34,772 nt of DNA. Source: an uncultured Actinomycetota bacterium (lineage in GTDB: Bacteria; Actinomycetota; Actinomycetes; Mycobacteriales; Geodermatophilaceae). This document shows, in pieces, positions 1 to 8,741 of the stretch. Each line of letters starts with the position of its first letter. Position 1 is the stretch's first letter. The position numbers and the translations under genes are program-made. Location: the NCBI GenBank assembly GCA_963766765.1, contig CAVYBR010000006.1, positions 1-34,772 of the forward strand, in the 5' to 3' direction. The notes under the pieces are model-generated. The model was given only the letters and a program-made list of their open reading frames with translations, did not search any database and was not told the DNA's origin.

Positions 1-58
1 CCACCAGACCCACACCGCCTAGGAGTAGGCCGAACGTCGGATCATGAGAGCCAGCTGG

Positions 59-1150
59 CTAGCTGCCCGGCGCATCCCGCTCAGCATCCAGCACCGCCAT
101 CACGTCCACGACGGCTTCCCCCGCGGAATCGTCGTTGTCCGGTAAGGGACCCGACGAGCCGACCATCCATTCCTGGGGATCGATTCCGTACGACTCCGAC
201 AGCGTTCGGAGGCGGTAGACCGCCTGAGCGCGCCGGAAGGTCCGCTCGGTCAGGCTGGCACTGAGTGCTGCATTCAACCCGACGCCAACCAACGGCACCG
301 TCTGCGCCAGCTTCTTCTGCGTGAGTCGCAGGCCAAGGACCTGGTAGACCTTGCCGATAGCCCGAACGAGAAGGTGCTCGTTCAGCTGCTTCCAGGTCGC
401 TTGACGCATCATCTGCTGGGTCAAGCGCGACAGCGCCCCAAGAGCCTGTGTCTTTGCGCCCATGGAGCCCGCCACCCCGAGTGAAAGGACGCCCATCGCG
501 AAGAGTTCTTCGTCCGAGAGCCGGACATCGTATCCGTAGCGAGTAGCCACCGCACCGATGGTGCGCCCCATCATCGCCATCGATGCGACTGCGTCGGCGG
601 CCACCGCACCGATCGCCACGACTGCAGTCGTACCGGCAGTGACCGTGGTAGCCACCTCCGCTCCGGTGACAGCCAAGGCGGTTGCCGCCCCCTGGCCAGC
701 CGAGCCCAAGGTATAGCCGAACTTCGGCGGCAACATGGCGTCGCGATCCTCGAGCGGCAAGGCCCGGATCTGCTCATAGGTGCGCGTCTCGGGATGCTTC
801 CTGGCGTAGCGCTTCACGATCGAGGCCGGTCGCGTACTGCGAAGCGCAGGCTGGAAGGTCAGCGCAAGCGTTCCCTCGAACACTCTCTCCACGACATCCC
901 TCGCGGACTCCGCCCCGGGCAGGTCGCTGACCCTGCCTGCAACCCAGGACGCGGTCGATGAGACTCGTTCGCGGAGCTTCCTCGGAATGACCGCTTGGCG
1001 CGGCAATTCATGGAGCACACCCAGCGAATATCGCCAGGCCGCCTGCTCATACGGCGTCATCTCCTCGAAGCCCACAGTGGCTGCCCCTCCCCCTCCAGGC
1101 CCGACGAGATCCCGTCCCCCGAGCGCCGCCGAACAGGCTACACGGAACAC
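59..1150 (-). CDS. EcsC-family-like protein. It has a Gly/Ala-rich central region and a conserved IGxxATxYGYD...EELFxxGVLxLG block. The true start may be the internal Met at 1060, which has GAGGAG immediately upstream.
   Basis: 363-aa ORF with protein-like composition. The glycine/alanine-rich segment followed by the YGYD..L..EE..F..G block resembles EcsC (PF12787) proteins as I remember them. No alignment was run. Confidence 0.45.
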   Translation of the reverse strand: MFRVACSAALGGRDLVGPGGGGAATVGFEEMTPYEQAAWRYSLGVLHELPRQAVIPRKLRERVSSTASWVAGRVSDLPGAESARDVVERVFEGTLALTFQPALRSTRPASIVKRYARKHPETRTYEQIRALPLEDRDAMLPPKFGYTLGSAGQGAATALAVTGAEVATTVTAGTTAVVAIGAVAADAVASMAMMGRTIGAVATRYGYDVRLSDEELFAMGVLSLGVAGSMGAKTQALGALSRLTQQMMRQATWKQLNEHLLVRAIGKVYQVLGLRLTQKKLAQTVPLVGVGLNAALSASLTERTFRRAQAVYRLRTLSESYGIDPQEWMVGSSGPLPDNDDSAGEAVVDVMAVLDAERDAPGS

Positions 1151-1178
1151 TGCGATCGGCAGTCGGGAAAAGCGGGAG

Positions 1179-1212
1179 GCTAGCTGTGGTGTCCAGGGAC
1201 GCCACAGCTAGC
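1179..1212. promoter_or_regulatory. Perfect 11-bp inverted repeat GCTAGCTGTGG-N12-CCACAGCTAGC (a stem-loop or protein-binding palindrome) just upstream of the EcsC-like ORF.
   Basis: Read directly from the sequence at 1179-1189 and 1202-1212. No T-tract follows, so it is not a canonical intrinsic terminator. Confidence 0.4.
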
Positions 1213-1639
1213 TCGAAGCCATTGTTCCGGCGCTAGACCGCGGGTAGGTGGGAGCCGGCCCAGCGAGCGCGGGAGGAGCGAACCAACGGCCTAGTGGGCA
1301 TGGCGCGATCACCCTCCGCCCCCGTCAGCGCTGACCTGATGCGCACGCCGCAGACAGGGGTCGGGATCATCAAGCACTGGACTGCTGAGGTGCCTTCGAA
1401 GATGGTGTAGATCTCCTCGGTGCTCGCCAGAACAGCCCAGCCCGAAGCACCGATCCGTCCCTGACCTGCGGCTTTGCCACTCGGCATTTGCCGTCGGTTG
1501 CCACCGCTTGCCGACGTCCCACGGAACTGTCACGGAACACCGACCACCCTCGTTGCGACGATCATTCGAACCCAAGCTGCCTCCAGGCCGGCCCCAAAGC
1601 CAGCCCCGGCACCGACCGCAGCACCGACACCCACTACCG

Positions 1640-1895
1640 CGTGCTCCACGACATCTCAGACCCCGCCGGCAAACTCACCCGGCGCCGCGCCAGCCGCCTC
1701 CACCACATCCCCGTCGGCACCGAACACGCCCGAACCCCCGTCCTCAAACTCGTCGACGACCTCCACATCCCCATCATCAACGCCGCCACCGGCGAACTCC
1801 TCCGCGAGCTCACCCTCGACCCCACCCGCGACTACCAACCCCTCGGCAGACCCCCAGGCCCACCACCCAAAAACAGAAAACCGGACCCCCGATAA
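1640..1895 (+). pseudogene. C-terminal fragment of an IS481/Mu-type (rve plus Mu-transposase-C) transposase. The N-terminal HTH and DDE core are absent.
   Basis: Translation ...RLHHIPVGTEHARTPVLKLVDDLHIPIINAATGELLRELTLDPTRDYQPLGRPPG matches the characteristic C-terminal tail of actinobacterial IS481-family transposases, which end ...NAATGELLREL.LDPTRDYQP. The upstream portion of the ORF has no transposase features. Confidence 0.45.
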
Positions 1896-1933
1896 GGGGC
1901 CGGTCTGTCCGGTATCTCCTGAGAGATCACAAG

Positions 1934-2012
1934 AGCCGGTGAGGGGACTCGAACCCCTAACCCCCGCTTTACCAGACCATGCCTGTCGTCGTACCGCACC
2001 ACTACCCGAAAG
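1934..2012 (-). tRNA. tRNA-derived 3' fragment (T-arm plus acceptor 3' strand). The 5' half cannot be folded into an acceptor stem, so this is a partial or degenerate tRNA and a possible former integration (att) site.
   Basis: The minus strand reads ...AGGGGTTCGAGTCCCCTCACCGGCT. This is a canonical T-stem/T-loop (GGGG-TTCGAGT-CCCC) followed by a 7-nt acceptor strand and discriminator. No complementary 5' acceptor strand (GCCGGTG) is present upstream. Confidence 0.4.
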
Positions 2013-2026
2013 TTGCCGTTGACCTG

Positions 2027-2047
2027 CTCACTCTCCATTGGAGAGTA
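2027..2047. other. Perfect 7-bp stem-loop ACTCTCC-ATT-GGAGAGT at the edge of a locally AT-richer stretch (2040-2130).
   Basis: Palindrome read directly. It is adjacent to a lower-GC segment that could hold a promoter. Confidence 0.3.
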
Positions 2048-2520
2048 AGCAGCTGTTGGCGACTATGCTCGCTAAATTTCATTCAATCCGGTGAGTAAAA
2101 CGGTGAGTTGCGGTGGGCACGAAGCTGCTTTCGAGCGCAAGCTGGTCCGGAGCGGCACCGAAGATACCGAGCGCTGGAGTCTGGGTTGGTCCCATCTCAG
2201 CGATGATCGGCTTGTGGAACGTGACGCAGGGGGCCAAGTAGCTCACATTTGCCCAGCCACGGTTCAGGGTCGTGGTGAACAGACCGTGTCTGTCTTCGGC
2301 CTGGCCAACGCCACCGTGAACAGCCACTCAGGCGAGGTGATCGGGCGGCCAGGAGGTCGACTCCGATCTGGCCGACGATCCCTAGCGCCTGCATCGACCG
2401 TGAGGGTCGGGCCGGTCTACACGACCCGGTCCGGCATGAAGCACGGCAGCTTGGCGGCGGCTGGGCAGAACGCCGAAGCATCGGAGTCGATTTGATGCAC
2501 GGCGGATCGGGCAGCTTGCG

Positions 2521-3333
2521 TCAGCCGTCAGAGTGGGTGGTGCTGTAAGGGCCAAGGGTTGGCCAGTGGCTAACTCGGCCGGCCAGACGGGCCCGACGCG
2601 GCGTCATGGCGTCGTACGCGACGATCACCCGGTCACCCTTGGCGTAGGAAATACGGCTCCCGACCGGGAACCTGCGAGCGACCTCGTACGGTCCCTCACC
2701 CCGGCGGGTGTAGTACTCGACGGTGACCTCGGTGTACACCACCGGGGCACCGCTCTCCGATTCGCCGCGGATCGGACCTCGCACTCGGGTCACTCGTCCC
2801 GCGGTTTTCTCGTCCAGCTCGGACTTGCGGCGCAGACCGGCCAGGACTTCGGTGACGATGAAGCTCCCGACCACCATCACCAGGCCGAACCCACCGAGTA
2901 CGACGATCGTCAACATGTCGCTGTCGCTGGCGAGGTTGATTGCCGCCGGGATCAAGATGACCAGCCCGAGCCCGGACAGCGTCGCGATGACCAACATGAC
3001 AAGTACCCGGAGTGCACGCGGGGCGACTTTGGTGACTGCGCGGAGTGCGCGCGGGGTGACTTTGCTGAGTGCTCGGAGCGGATGTACACGGCGTCGCCTG
3101 GGGGGCGCGCTATCCGCGGGCGACGAGTCGTGGGTCTGCCCAGGTGGATCCAGCGACTGGCTGTCATCGCCGCGCGAATCCAGCTCACTCGACGCGCCAG
3201 CCTCGGCGATAGGCAGCTTTTGCAGGAAGTCTGATGAGGCGCCCAGCTCACCGAGGGTCGCGGCGAACTCGGCGGAAACCTTTGGATCGCGGGAAGGCGT
3301 CTGCTCGATGGCGCCGGTGGGTTCAGCGTCCAT
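2521..3333 (-). CDS. DUF3592-like membrane protein. It has a disordered N-terminal region, two TM helices and a C-terminal beta-rich domain. The probable start is the second Met, MDAEPTG.
   Basis: ORF 2521..3396 with TM segments (TPRALRVLVMLVIATLSGLGLVILIPAAINL and MLTIVVLGGFGLVMVVGSFIVTEVL) followed by the ...PVVYTEVTVEYYTRRGEGPYEV... domain. That architecture fits DUF3592. The assignment is from memory. Confidence 0.45.
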   Translation of the reverse strand: MDAEPTGAIEQTPSRDPKVSAEFAATLGELGASSDFLQKLPIAEAGASSELDSRGDDSQSLDPPGQTHDSSPADSAPPRRRRVHPLRALSKVTPRALRAVTKVAPRALRVLVMLVIATLSGLGLVILIPAAINLASDSDMLTIVVLGGFGLVMVVGSFIVTEVLAGLRRKSELDEKTAGRVTRVRGPIRGESESGAPVVYTEVTVEYYTRRGEGPYEVARRFPVGSRISYAKGDRVIVAYDAMTPRRARLAGRVSHWPTLGPYSTTHSDG

Positions 3334-4069
3334 GTTGCCTCCTCCATCCCTGCGGCGGTGAGCCAGCCTGCTCGATTGCGGCAGCAGCGCTATCAATTAT
3401 CGCCTGCATCTTGCTTGTCAACAGGTCGGTCCTGGTGATCTTTCCGCCGACTACCAGGCAGCCGCGGATTTGGTTGTTGGCAAAGGTGGGACGTGCGAGC
3501 ATGCCCTCGTGCGGGTCGGCGGTGCTCTGCAGTTGGGCCCAGCTGAGGTTGTACCGGTCAGCGGCGCTTCGTTGCTCCCACATTTCGGGGCCAGCTTTGG
3601 CGGCGGCGCGGTAGAAGGCCCCCCAGTTGATGGCCAGGCGATGCTCGGCCTGAAAGGCGGATCCGACGAAGCCGGTGCCGATTTTGATGGGCGGTTCGCC
3701 GTTGTCGAAGTCGGCGCCGGCCATCACCGCGCCGATCCGATGCAAGCGACGCCGGCGTCCGAGCCGGCGGTAGTAGCGCACTTCAACGGTGGGCCAGTCA
3801 GCACCGACGATGTCGTAGATCTGAACGACAACGGCGGACAAGGTGATGCGAACTTTTTGGTCGTATTTGCGGATGCGCTGGTCTTGCCGGGAGAGGCTGA
3901 TCTCGCCAGCCGCTTCGAGGACCGTGATCACGACGAGAAGGCCAACGGCAGTCCACTCCAGCGCTTCGTGGCGTTGCCACCACCCCTTCGGGAGGTTGAG
4001 CTGCGCGAGGGTGATGATCGCACCGGCTACCGCCACGAGGGTGGCTCGGAGTAGCCGCCACACAACCAT
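3323..4069 (-). CDS. Hypothetical protein with two N-terminal TM helices and a roughly 180-aa C-terminal soluble domain.
   Basis: 248-aa ORF co-oriented with the DUF3592-like gene and overlapping it by about 10 nt. The hydrophobic segments are VVWRLLRATLVAVAGAIITLAQL and ALEWTAVGLLVVITVLEAAG. I recognise no known domain. Confidence 0.45.
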   Translation of the reverse strand: MVVWRLLRATLVAVAGAIITLAQLNLPKGWWQRHEALEWTAVGLLVVITVLEAAGEISLSRQDQRIRKYDQKVRITLSAVVVQIYDIVGADWPTVEVRYYRRLGRRRRLHRIGAVMAGADFDNGEPPIKIGTGFVGSAFQAEHRLAINWGAFYRAAAKAGPEMWEQRSAADRYNLSWAQLQSTADPHEGMLARPTFANNQIRGCLVVGGKITRTDLLTSKMQAIIDSAAAAIEQAGSPPQGWRRQHGR

Positions 4070-4666
4070 GGGGAATTGTGGGCTGCTCCACCGTGATTAA
4101 TCCAGACCTGATGCGGTGGCACTTTGACGCCTCGGAGCCGACGCGCCGCGGCGGAGCTGCTTACTCGCGGCTGGGACGGAAGATTGCGCGACGGCTCCGT
4201 GCCGATGAATCGGGCTGGAGGCCGCCCTGGACGGTGTCGTCGGGGTGGATGCTCAGCGGCCAGACGCCATCGGGGCGTAGGCCGTGACTCGCACCGGCCG
4301 GCCGAGCGCGGGGGCGGTTTGGGCGATCCGTTTGCGAGCCTGCTCGCGCATGTCGGCCAGGTCCTGGCGAGTGAGCGGGTGCTCGGGACCGGTCGTCGTT
4401 CAGCGCGATGTCGATCCGCGGGAACGGCAGCGCCCGGCCCGGGTCGGCAGGAGTTGGGGAGGCGTGGTCATCGTGCCCCGGTGTCACTAGTCGGTCCAGA
4501 ACGGCGGTCGACCGGGTGAGCCCGTACACACCTTGGATCGTCGAGTGCATGCAAGAGGCTGGCCGCCGGCTGCCCGCTGTTCACGGCTGCTGCCGGGTCT
4601 GAGCTGGGTAACGCCCCACTACGTGCACGCCTTCGGTTGAGGGCTCACAGACGCGGCGCGTCCTGC

Positions 4667-5256
4667 TCAGCTCGGACAGCGGTTCGGCGCAGGCTTGCTC
4701 GTGGCTTCGCGCGCCGTCTGCTCAGCTGCGGGTGGGCCTTTCTTAGACGGCGTCGCCACCGGTGGTTTGCCGTCCTGGATCGGTGTGATGGGTGTGATGG
4801 TGATGTCGTAGTCCTCGGTGGCTTCGTCGACGACGGCGTCGTAATGCGCGGCGCGGCCGCGGGCGAGAACCTGGATCAGGTGCAGGCCCGGTGCTGCGGG
4901 TCTGTAGACGAGCGATGCTGGCCCGATGCCCTCCAAGGAGGCGAGATACAGGTCGTCCGCGATGAGGATTGCAGCTTGTTCTGCGACGTCCCACCCGTCC
5001 ACGCTGGCCGTAAGGTCCGGCAGTGGCTCGTGCCGATCCGGACGGTGACGTTGACCGGACCGCTGGCACCTGCCCTAGTCTGGCTGGCCGTTGGCCCGTC
5101 TGCCTGCCGGTCAGATGGCGCGACGACTGCCGCCGGCGTACCAGGAGTCGCGCTATCCGCTCCAAAGAGTATGGCGTTGCTCTCGTCTACGACGAAGCGC
5201 TCGAGGAGTTCGGCGCGGCTGGCCACCGAGGCGTATCGACCACACATGCCAGCCAC
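4667..5256 (-). pseudogene. SOS-response-associated peptidase (SRAP / YedK / DUF159) gene, frameshifted. The N-terminal MCGRY part and the central DGW part lie in different frames.
   Basis: ORF 4876..5256 begins MAGMCGRYASVASRAELLERF, with the catalytic Cys2 MCGRY hallmark. The 4667..5074 frame contains ...ASVDGWDVAEQAAILIADDLYLA..., which resembles the xADGWYEW core. The two parts are in different reading frames, and the 5' ORF runs on into junk sequence. Confidence 0.55.
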
Positions 5257-5627
5257 CCTGCCACGTCACACGGACAACAGCAGCGATGCCAGCGGAGCTA
5301 CCGGCCTCGAATGGGGTGCACCGCAAACGCCTGGCCAGCGAGGAAGCCGCGCACCTACCGTGATCGGGTGGTCGCCAGCCCGGCGGCCAGGAGGGTGCCG
5401 CCGGGGTCTGAGGCGAACGTCATCAGCCTACGTACGTCGACGGCGTTCACGATAGGGTCGGGCGCCGACCGCTCCGGCCGGTATGGCGCCGGACGGTGAT
5501 AACGGCGGCATCGCGATCCGGATCGCGCCGGGCGTGTCACGCGGTCTGAGCGGTGATCCGGGGCCGGTCCGGGGCGCCGGCGGGCGGGAGCCGGTGATAG
5601 TGGCAGTATCGACGGGACGGCCAAGAG

Positions 5628-5906
5628 TCAGTCCGGGAAATCGGGCTCGTCTCCCCAGGCCGCGGATCCGGCGCTGGGTGCGCTAGCGCTGCCCGCGCCG
5701 GCCGACTGCGCAAAGGGGCTGCTGATGCTGGCGCTGTCGGTGCTGCGATAGATCACCCGGTCACCGACGACCGTGCCCGCGTACTGTCCGTTGGGGTCGT
5801 ACACCTTGTCACCCTGGATCCGGCCCACGTGCGTCCCCGAGCGCGAGAACAGGTCGTTGCCGCTCCGCCGCAGGGGTCGGCCGTTCTTTGTGTAGAGATC
5901 TGCCAT
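5628..5906 (-). CDS. Small repeat protein resembling the 4-fold beta-flower family, with repeated G-x-x-V-G-x-I-x-G-D-x-V-Y-D units.
   Basis: 92-aa ORF MADLYTKNGRPL...GTHVGRIQGDKVYDPNGQYAGTVVGDRVIYRS... with internal repeats. The ATG is preceded by a purine-rich stretch. Confidence 0.45.
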   Translation of the reverse strand: MADLYTKNGRPLRRSGNDLFSRSGTHVGRIQGDKVYDPNGQYAGTVVGDRVIYRSTDSASISSPFAQSAGAGSASAPSAGSAAWGDEPDFPD

Positions 5907-5980
5907 CCCTCAATTGTGCGCTCGGTCGGCGACTCAGTAGAACGCTGTGGCTCCCGGTGCGTCGGGCTCGTGGTGTCTGC

Positions 5981-6580
5981 TCAACGTGCCTCCGGGGTGC
6001 GGCCTCCTGGGCCGCTCGCTGGGGAGTCCAGCAACGCGATTCGCTCGGCAGAGCTTCCCAGCTGGTCCGGCCGGCGCCGACGTCGGGAAGGATGCGGGTC
6101 GACGTCGAGTTCGATGCGAGCGACGTCGACCAGGTGGTGGCGTCGCTTGTTCATCAGCTGCACGAGACCCTCAAGTTGGTCAGGTGTCGTGTCGCCGGCA
6201 CCGATGGCGTTGCCCAGATCGACGATCACGTCGGCACAGAGGTCTGCCGCGTCGACGACCTCCTTGCTGCCGATGAACCGGATCACGGTCAGAGCCTCAC
6301 CGGCATCCCGGAGCGCAGTTTGGATCGGGACCGCCTGCTGCAGCACACGAATCGGCGCCAGGGAGGCCAGTAGCCGCGGCTTGCTGTTCTTCGAGACGAG
6401 CTCCTGCATCGCCAAGGCGACGTCGGAGAGTCGGGTCCACGCGGTCGTGTACGCGGCCAGCCGCTGCTGATGCCACTGTTTGCGATCACTGCGTTTCGAC
6501 TGCCGGCGATCACCGAGCCAGGCTGTCAGTGCGGTCAGCAGCGCACCGACTGCGACACCGATCAAGGACTCCACCCGCAC
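5981..6580 (-). CDS. Hypothetical protein with a single N-terminal TM anchor.
   Basis: 199-aa ORF. N-terminal hydrophobic helix LIGVAVGALLTALTAWL, then a mostly helical soluble part. No known domain. Confidence 0.4.
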   Translation of the reverse strand: MRVESLIGVAVGALLTALTAWLGDRRQSKRSDRKQWHQQRLAAYTTAWTRLSDVALAMQELVSKNSKPRLLASLAPIRVLQQAVPIQTALRDAGEALTVIRFIGSKEVVDAADLCADVIVDLGNAIGAGDTTPDQLEGLVQLMNKRRHHLVDVARIELDVDPHPSRRRRRPDQLGSSAERIALLDSPASGPGGRTPEAR

Positions 6581-7452
6581 AGGCTAGAGCTCCCCTCAGA
6601 CAGCACCGCAAGGATCGCCGCCCCGGACGAGTTCCTGCGCATGTGTCCGCGTTCTTCATCGACTTCGCCTCGTCCACCGGCGTAAGAACCACGGCTTGTC
6701 CCTGAGCACGAACAACTCTTCCCGTGCACCTCTCCCTCAGCACACGAGCGCGGTCGGCCGCTGTTCACCGGACGGCGTTCCGGGAGACGCGTTGGTGATC
6801 GTCGCCAGGCAGCGGGAACGGCAGCGAGTACCCCAACGCCTGCTGACACAACTACCGGGTGAGCACCACGGCCAGGTTCACGGACGTGACCAACTGACCG
6901 CCCTGCCAGAACTTCTCGGGAAACCCTCAGGACTTTGTGTGCGGCGCCTGCCACGATCCAGAAGTCGAGCGCCAGTCGGCGGCAATTGGCCGACGGTTTG
7001 AATTCCAGCCCATCCGGCTCGATGCGGGGTCGCGGGACTGCGCGAGCTCAGCGGGGTCGCGTACCTGCAGTTCGAGCACGCGGGGTCGGGCTGACATGCC
7101 TGCCCCGGTAGGGACACGGACAAGGTCCCACCACGGGCTGTCGCTCGACGCGACCTTAACCGTGCAGCCAGGGCAGGCTGCTGATCGAGCAGCGGGGAAA
7201 GGATTGCTTGTTCTACCAGAGCGCCCGGAAAAACTTGGGGCCAAGTTGTCACAGACCGCCCGATTTCTATGCCTTCTTCGGGCAGAGGGGTCAGGACGGT
7301 CCCGCCGCACCCAGGGTTATCCAGGCCCACGAACCACATCCGAAGCACCGCAGGAAAGAGCAGCTCACCCATGAACGTAGAACCACGACCGCTGGCAAGG
7401 CGCCGGGCGCCACACCACCAGGCCATCTATCTGTGCGGGTGGTCTACCGAGC

Positions 7453-7743
7453 TCAACGACGGGCCGCACTTCTGCCCGCACCGAATCTCTCGTGGACGGC
7501 CTGTTTGCTCACGCCGCCGAACTGCTCGCCGATCGCGGACCAGGACGCGCCGGCGGCTCGCGCTTCCGCGATGTACCGGGCGAGCTCGTCCTCCAGGAGG
7601 TCGAGAACCCACCGGGCTCCCGCGACGTTCTGCAGATGGTCGGGAGCTGGTGCGGCGCCGCTGTCACGTGCGATCGCCCGGCCGGCCTTGTCGATCGCGG
7701 TCCGGAGCTGCCTCTGGATTTCGCGGATCTCGCCGTCAAGCAT
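7453..7743 (-). CDS. Small helix-turn-helix DNA-binding protein.
   Basis: 96-aa ORF with the C-terminal ...AAGASWSAIGEQFGGVSKQAVHERFG... HTH signature common in actinobacterial regulators. Confidence 0.45.
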   Translation of the reverse strand: MLDGEIREIQRQLRTAIDKAGRAIARDSGAAPAPDHLQNVAGARWVLDLLEDELARYIAEARAAGASWSAIGEQFGGVSKQAVHERFGAGRSAARR

Positions 7744-7924
7744 TCCTTGACCCTACCGCGCAGGCGGTTTGTTGCAACAGACCATTTGCATTCCTGACCT
7801 GCGGCTTTGCAGTTGGAGAACCGGGGGTGCTTCTTCCTACCGTCTTGTACGTGGGACGTGCCAGCGCCCATCAACAAGGAACGGCTCCCTGTGCCAGCAG
7901 AGAGCCGTTCGGAAGCGCAACGCC

Positions 7925-8197
7925 ATGGGAGGCTGCAACTCAAGTGAAGAGTACGACGTGCCGGCGACGCCCGGCTATACAGGATCCCGCCACGCTCTGC
8001 CGGGTGTCGTCGTGTTGACCGTCGGGCTGATCGCGTTGGCGATCGTCGCCGCCCCGATGCTCCTGCTCGTCTTCGCGGTCCTGGTCGTCGCCGTACGGTC
8101 GCAGACGCTCGACGCTGCCGGCCGGAAGCATTCGCTGCAGCTCGTAGCGGAAATGACCCGCCTGGCGGGCGTTCTCATCTCGCGCCGGCGCCAGTAA
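7925..8197 (+). CDS. Small membrane protein of about 90 aa, taken from an internal Met of ORF 7769..8197.
   Basis: MGGCNSSEEYDV...GVVVLTVGLIALAIVAAPMLLLVFAVLVVAV... shows two hydrophobic helices. The start choice is uncertain. Confidence 0.3.
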   Translation: MGGCNSSEEYDVPATPGYTGSRHALPGVVVLTVGLIALAIVAAPMLLLVFAVLVVAVRSQTLDAAGRKHSLQLVAEMTRLAGVLISRRRQ

Positions 8198-8741
8198 CCA
8201 ACCGCAGTGCAAGACGGGTCCGTGCCTGGAGCCGATCGCCGTCCAGTCGGGGTGCCTTCAATAGTTGCGGAGGTGACCCCGATTCCCCACAGGGGAGGAG
8301 TTGACCCGTGACGCGACGCTGCCGATACCGGCCCGGCGAGCCAGATCCGTACGCCGCGGACCTGGTTCGTCGGATCCACGGGCTGATGGCACTCGTCGCC
8401 GGTCCGCCTGTCCGGGGACCGTGCGAGGTACGCCGCGAAGACGAACTGCTCCACCACGTCGGCCGACGGAACACCGTGCACCAGATCGCGGATCGGTGGG
8501 CGTACGCGGTCAACGTGATGCGCGCCGGCCGGAAGATCTACCACGTCGCGGGCCCGAGCTCGGCAAGCTTGGGCGTAGACGGGCAGGTTGGACTTTGATG
8601 CGCAACAACAGCCCCTCGGACCTTCGCAGCTGGGAGCAAGGATTTCGGGTTCGCCTTGTAGAAGGCCGGTCGAGCATCGAGCCTCGCGTCGGCTGCCACG
8701 GATGATCGGTCCCAGGACAGCACCGACGACTACCTCACGGT

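Noticed and set aside
1934-2012. An intact tRNA gene.
   Set aside because: Only the T-arm and the 3' acceptor strand fold. I could find no 5' acceptor strand complementary to CACCGGC, so I report it as a fragment rather than a functional tRNA.
1474-2022. Pro/Thr/Ser-rich 182-aa and Arg/Pro-rich 144-aa ORFs overlapping the transposase remnant.
   Set aside because: These are low-complexity alternate frames. The recognisable transposase C-terminal motif is in the 1488..1895 frame only.
2091-2495. 134-aa ORF in the locally lower-GC segment.
   Set aside because: It has no strong codon bias or recognisable motifs and overlaps an equally plausible minus-strand ORF. I left it as unannotated possible coding sequence.
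4637-5455. 272-aa plus-strand ORF overlapping the SRAP region.
   Set aside because: It is Arg-rich and lies antisense to the recognisable MCGRY/DGW SRAP blocks.
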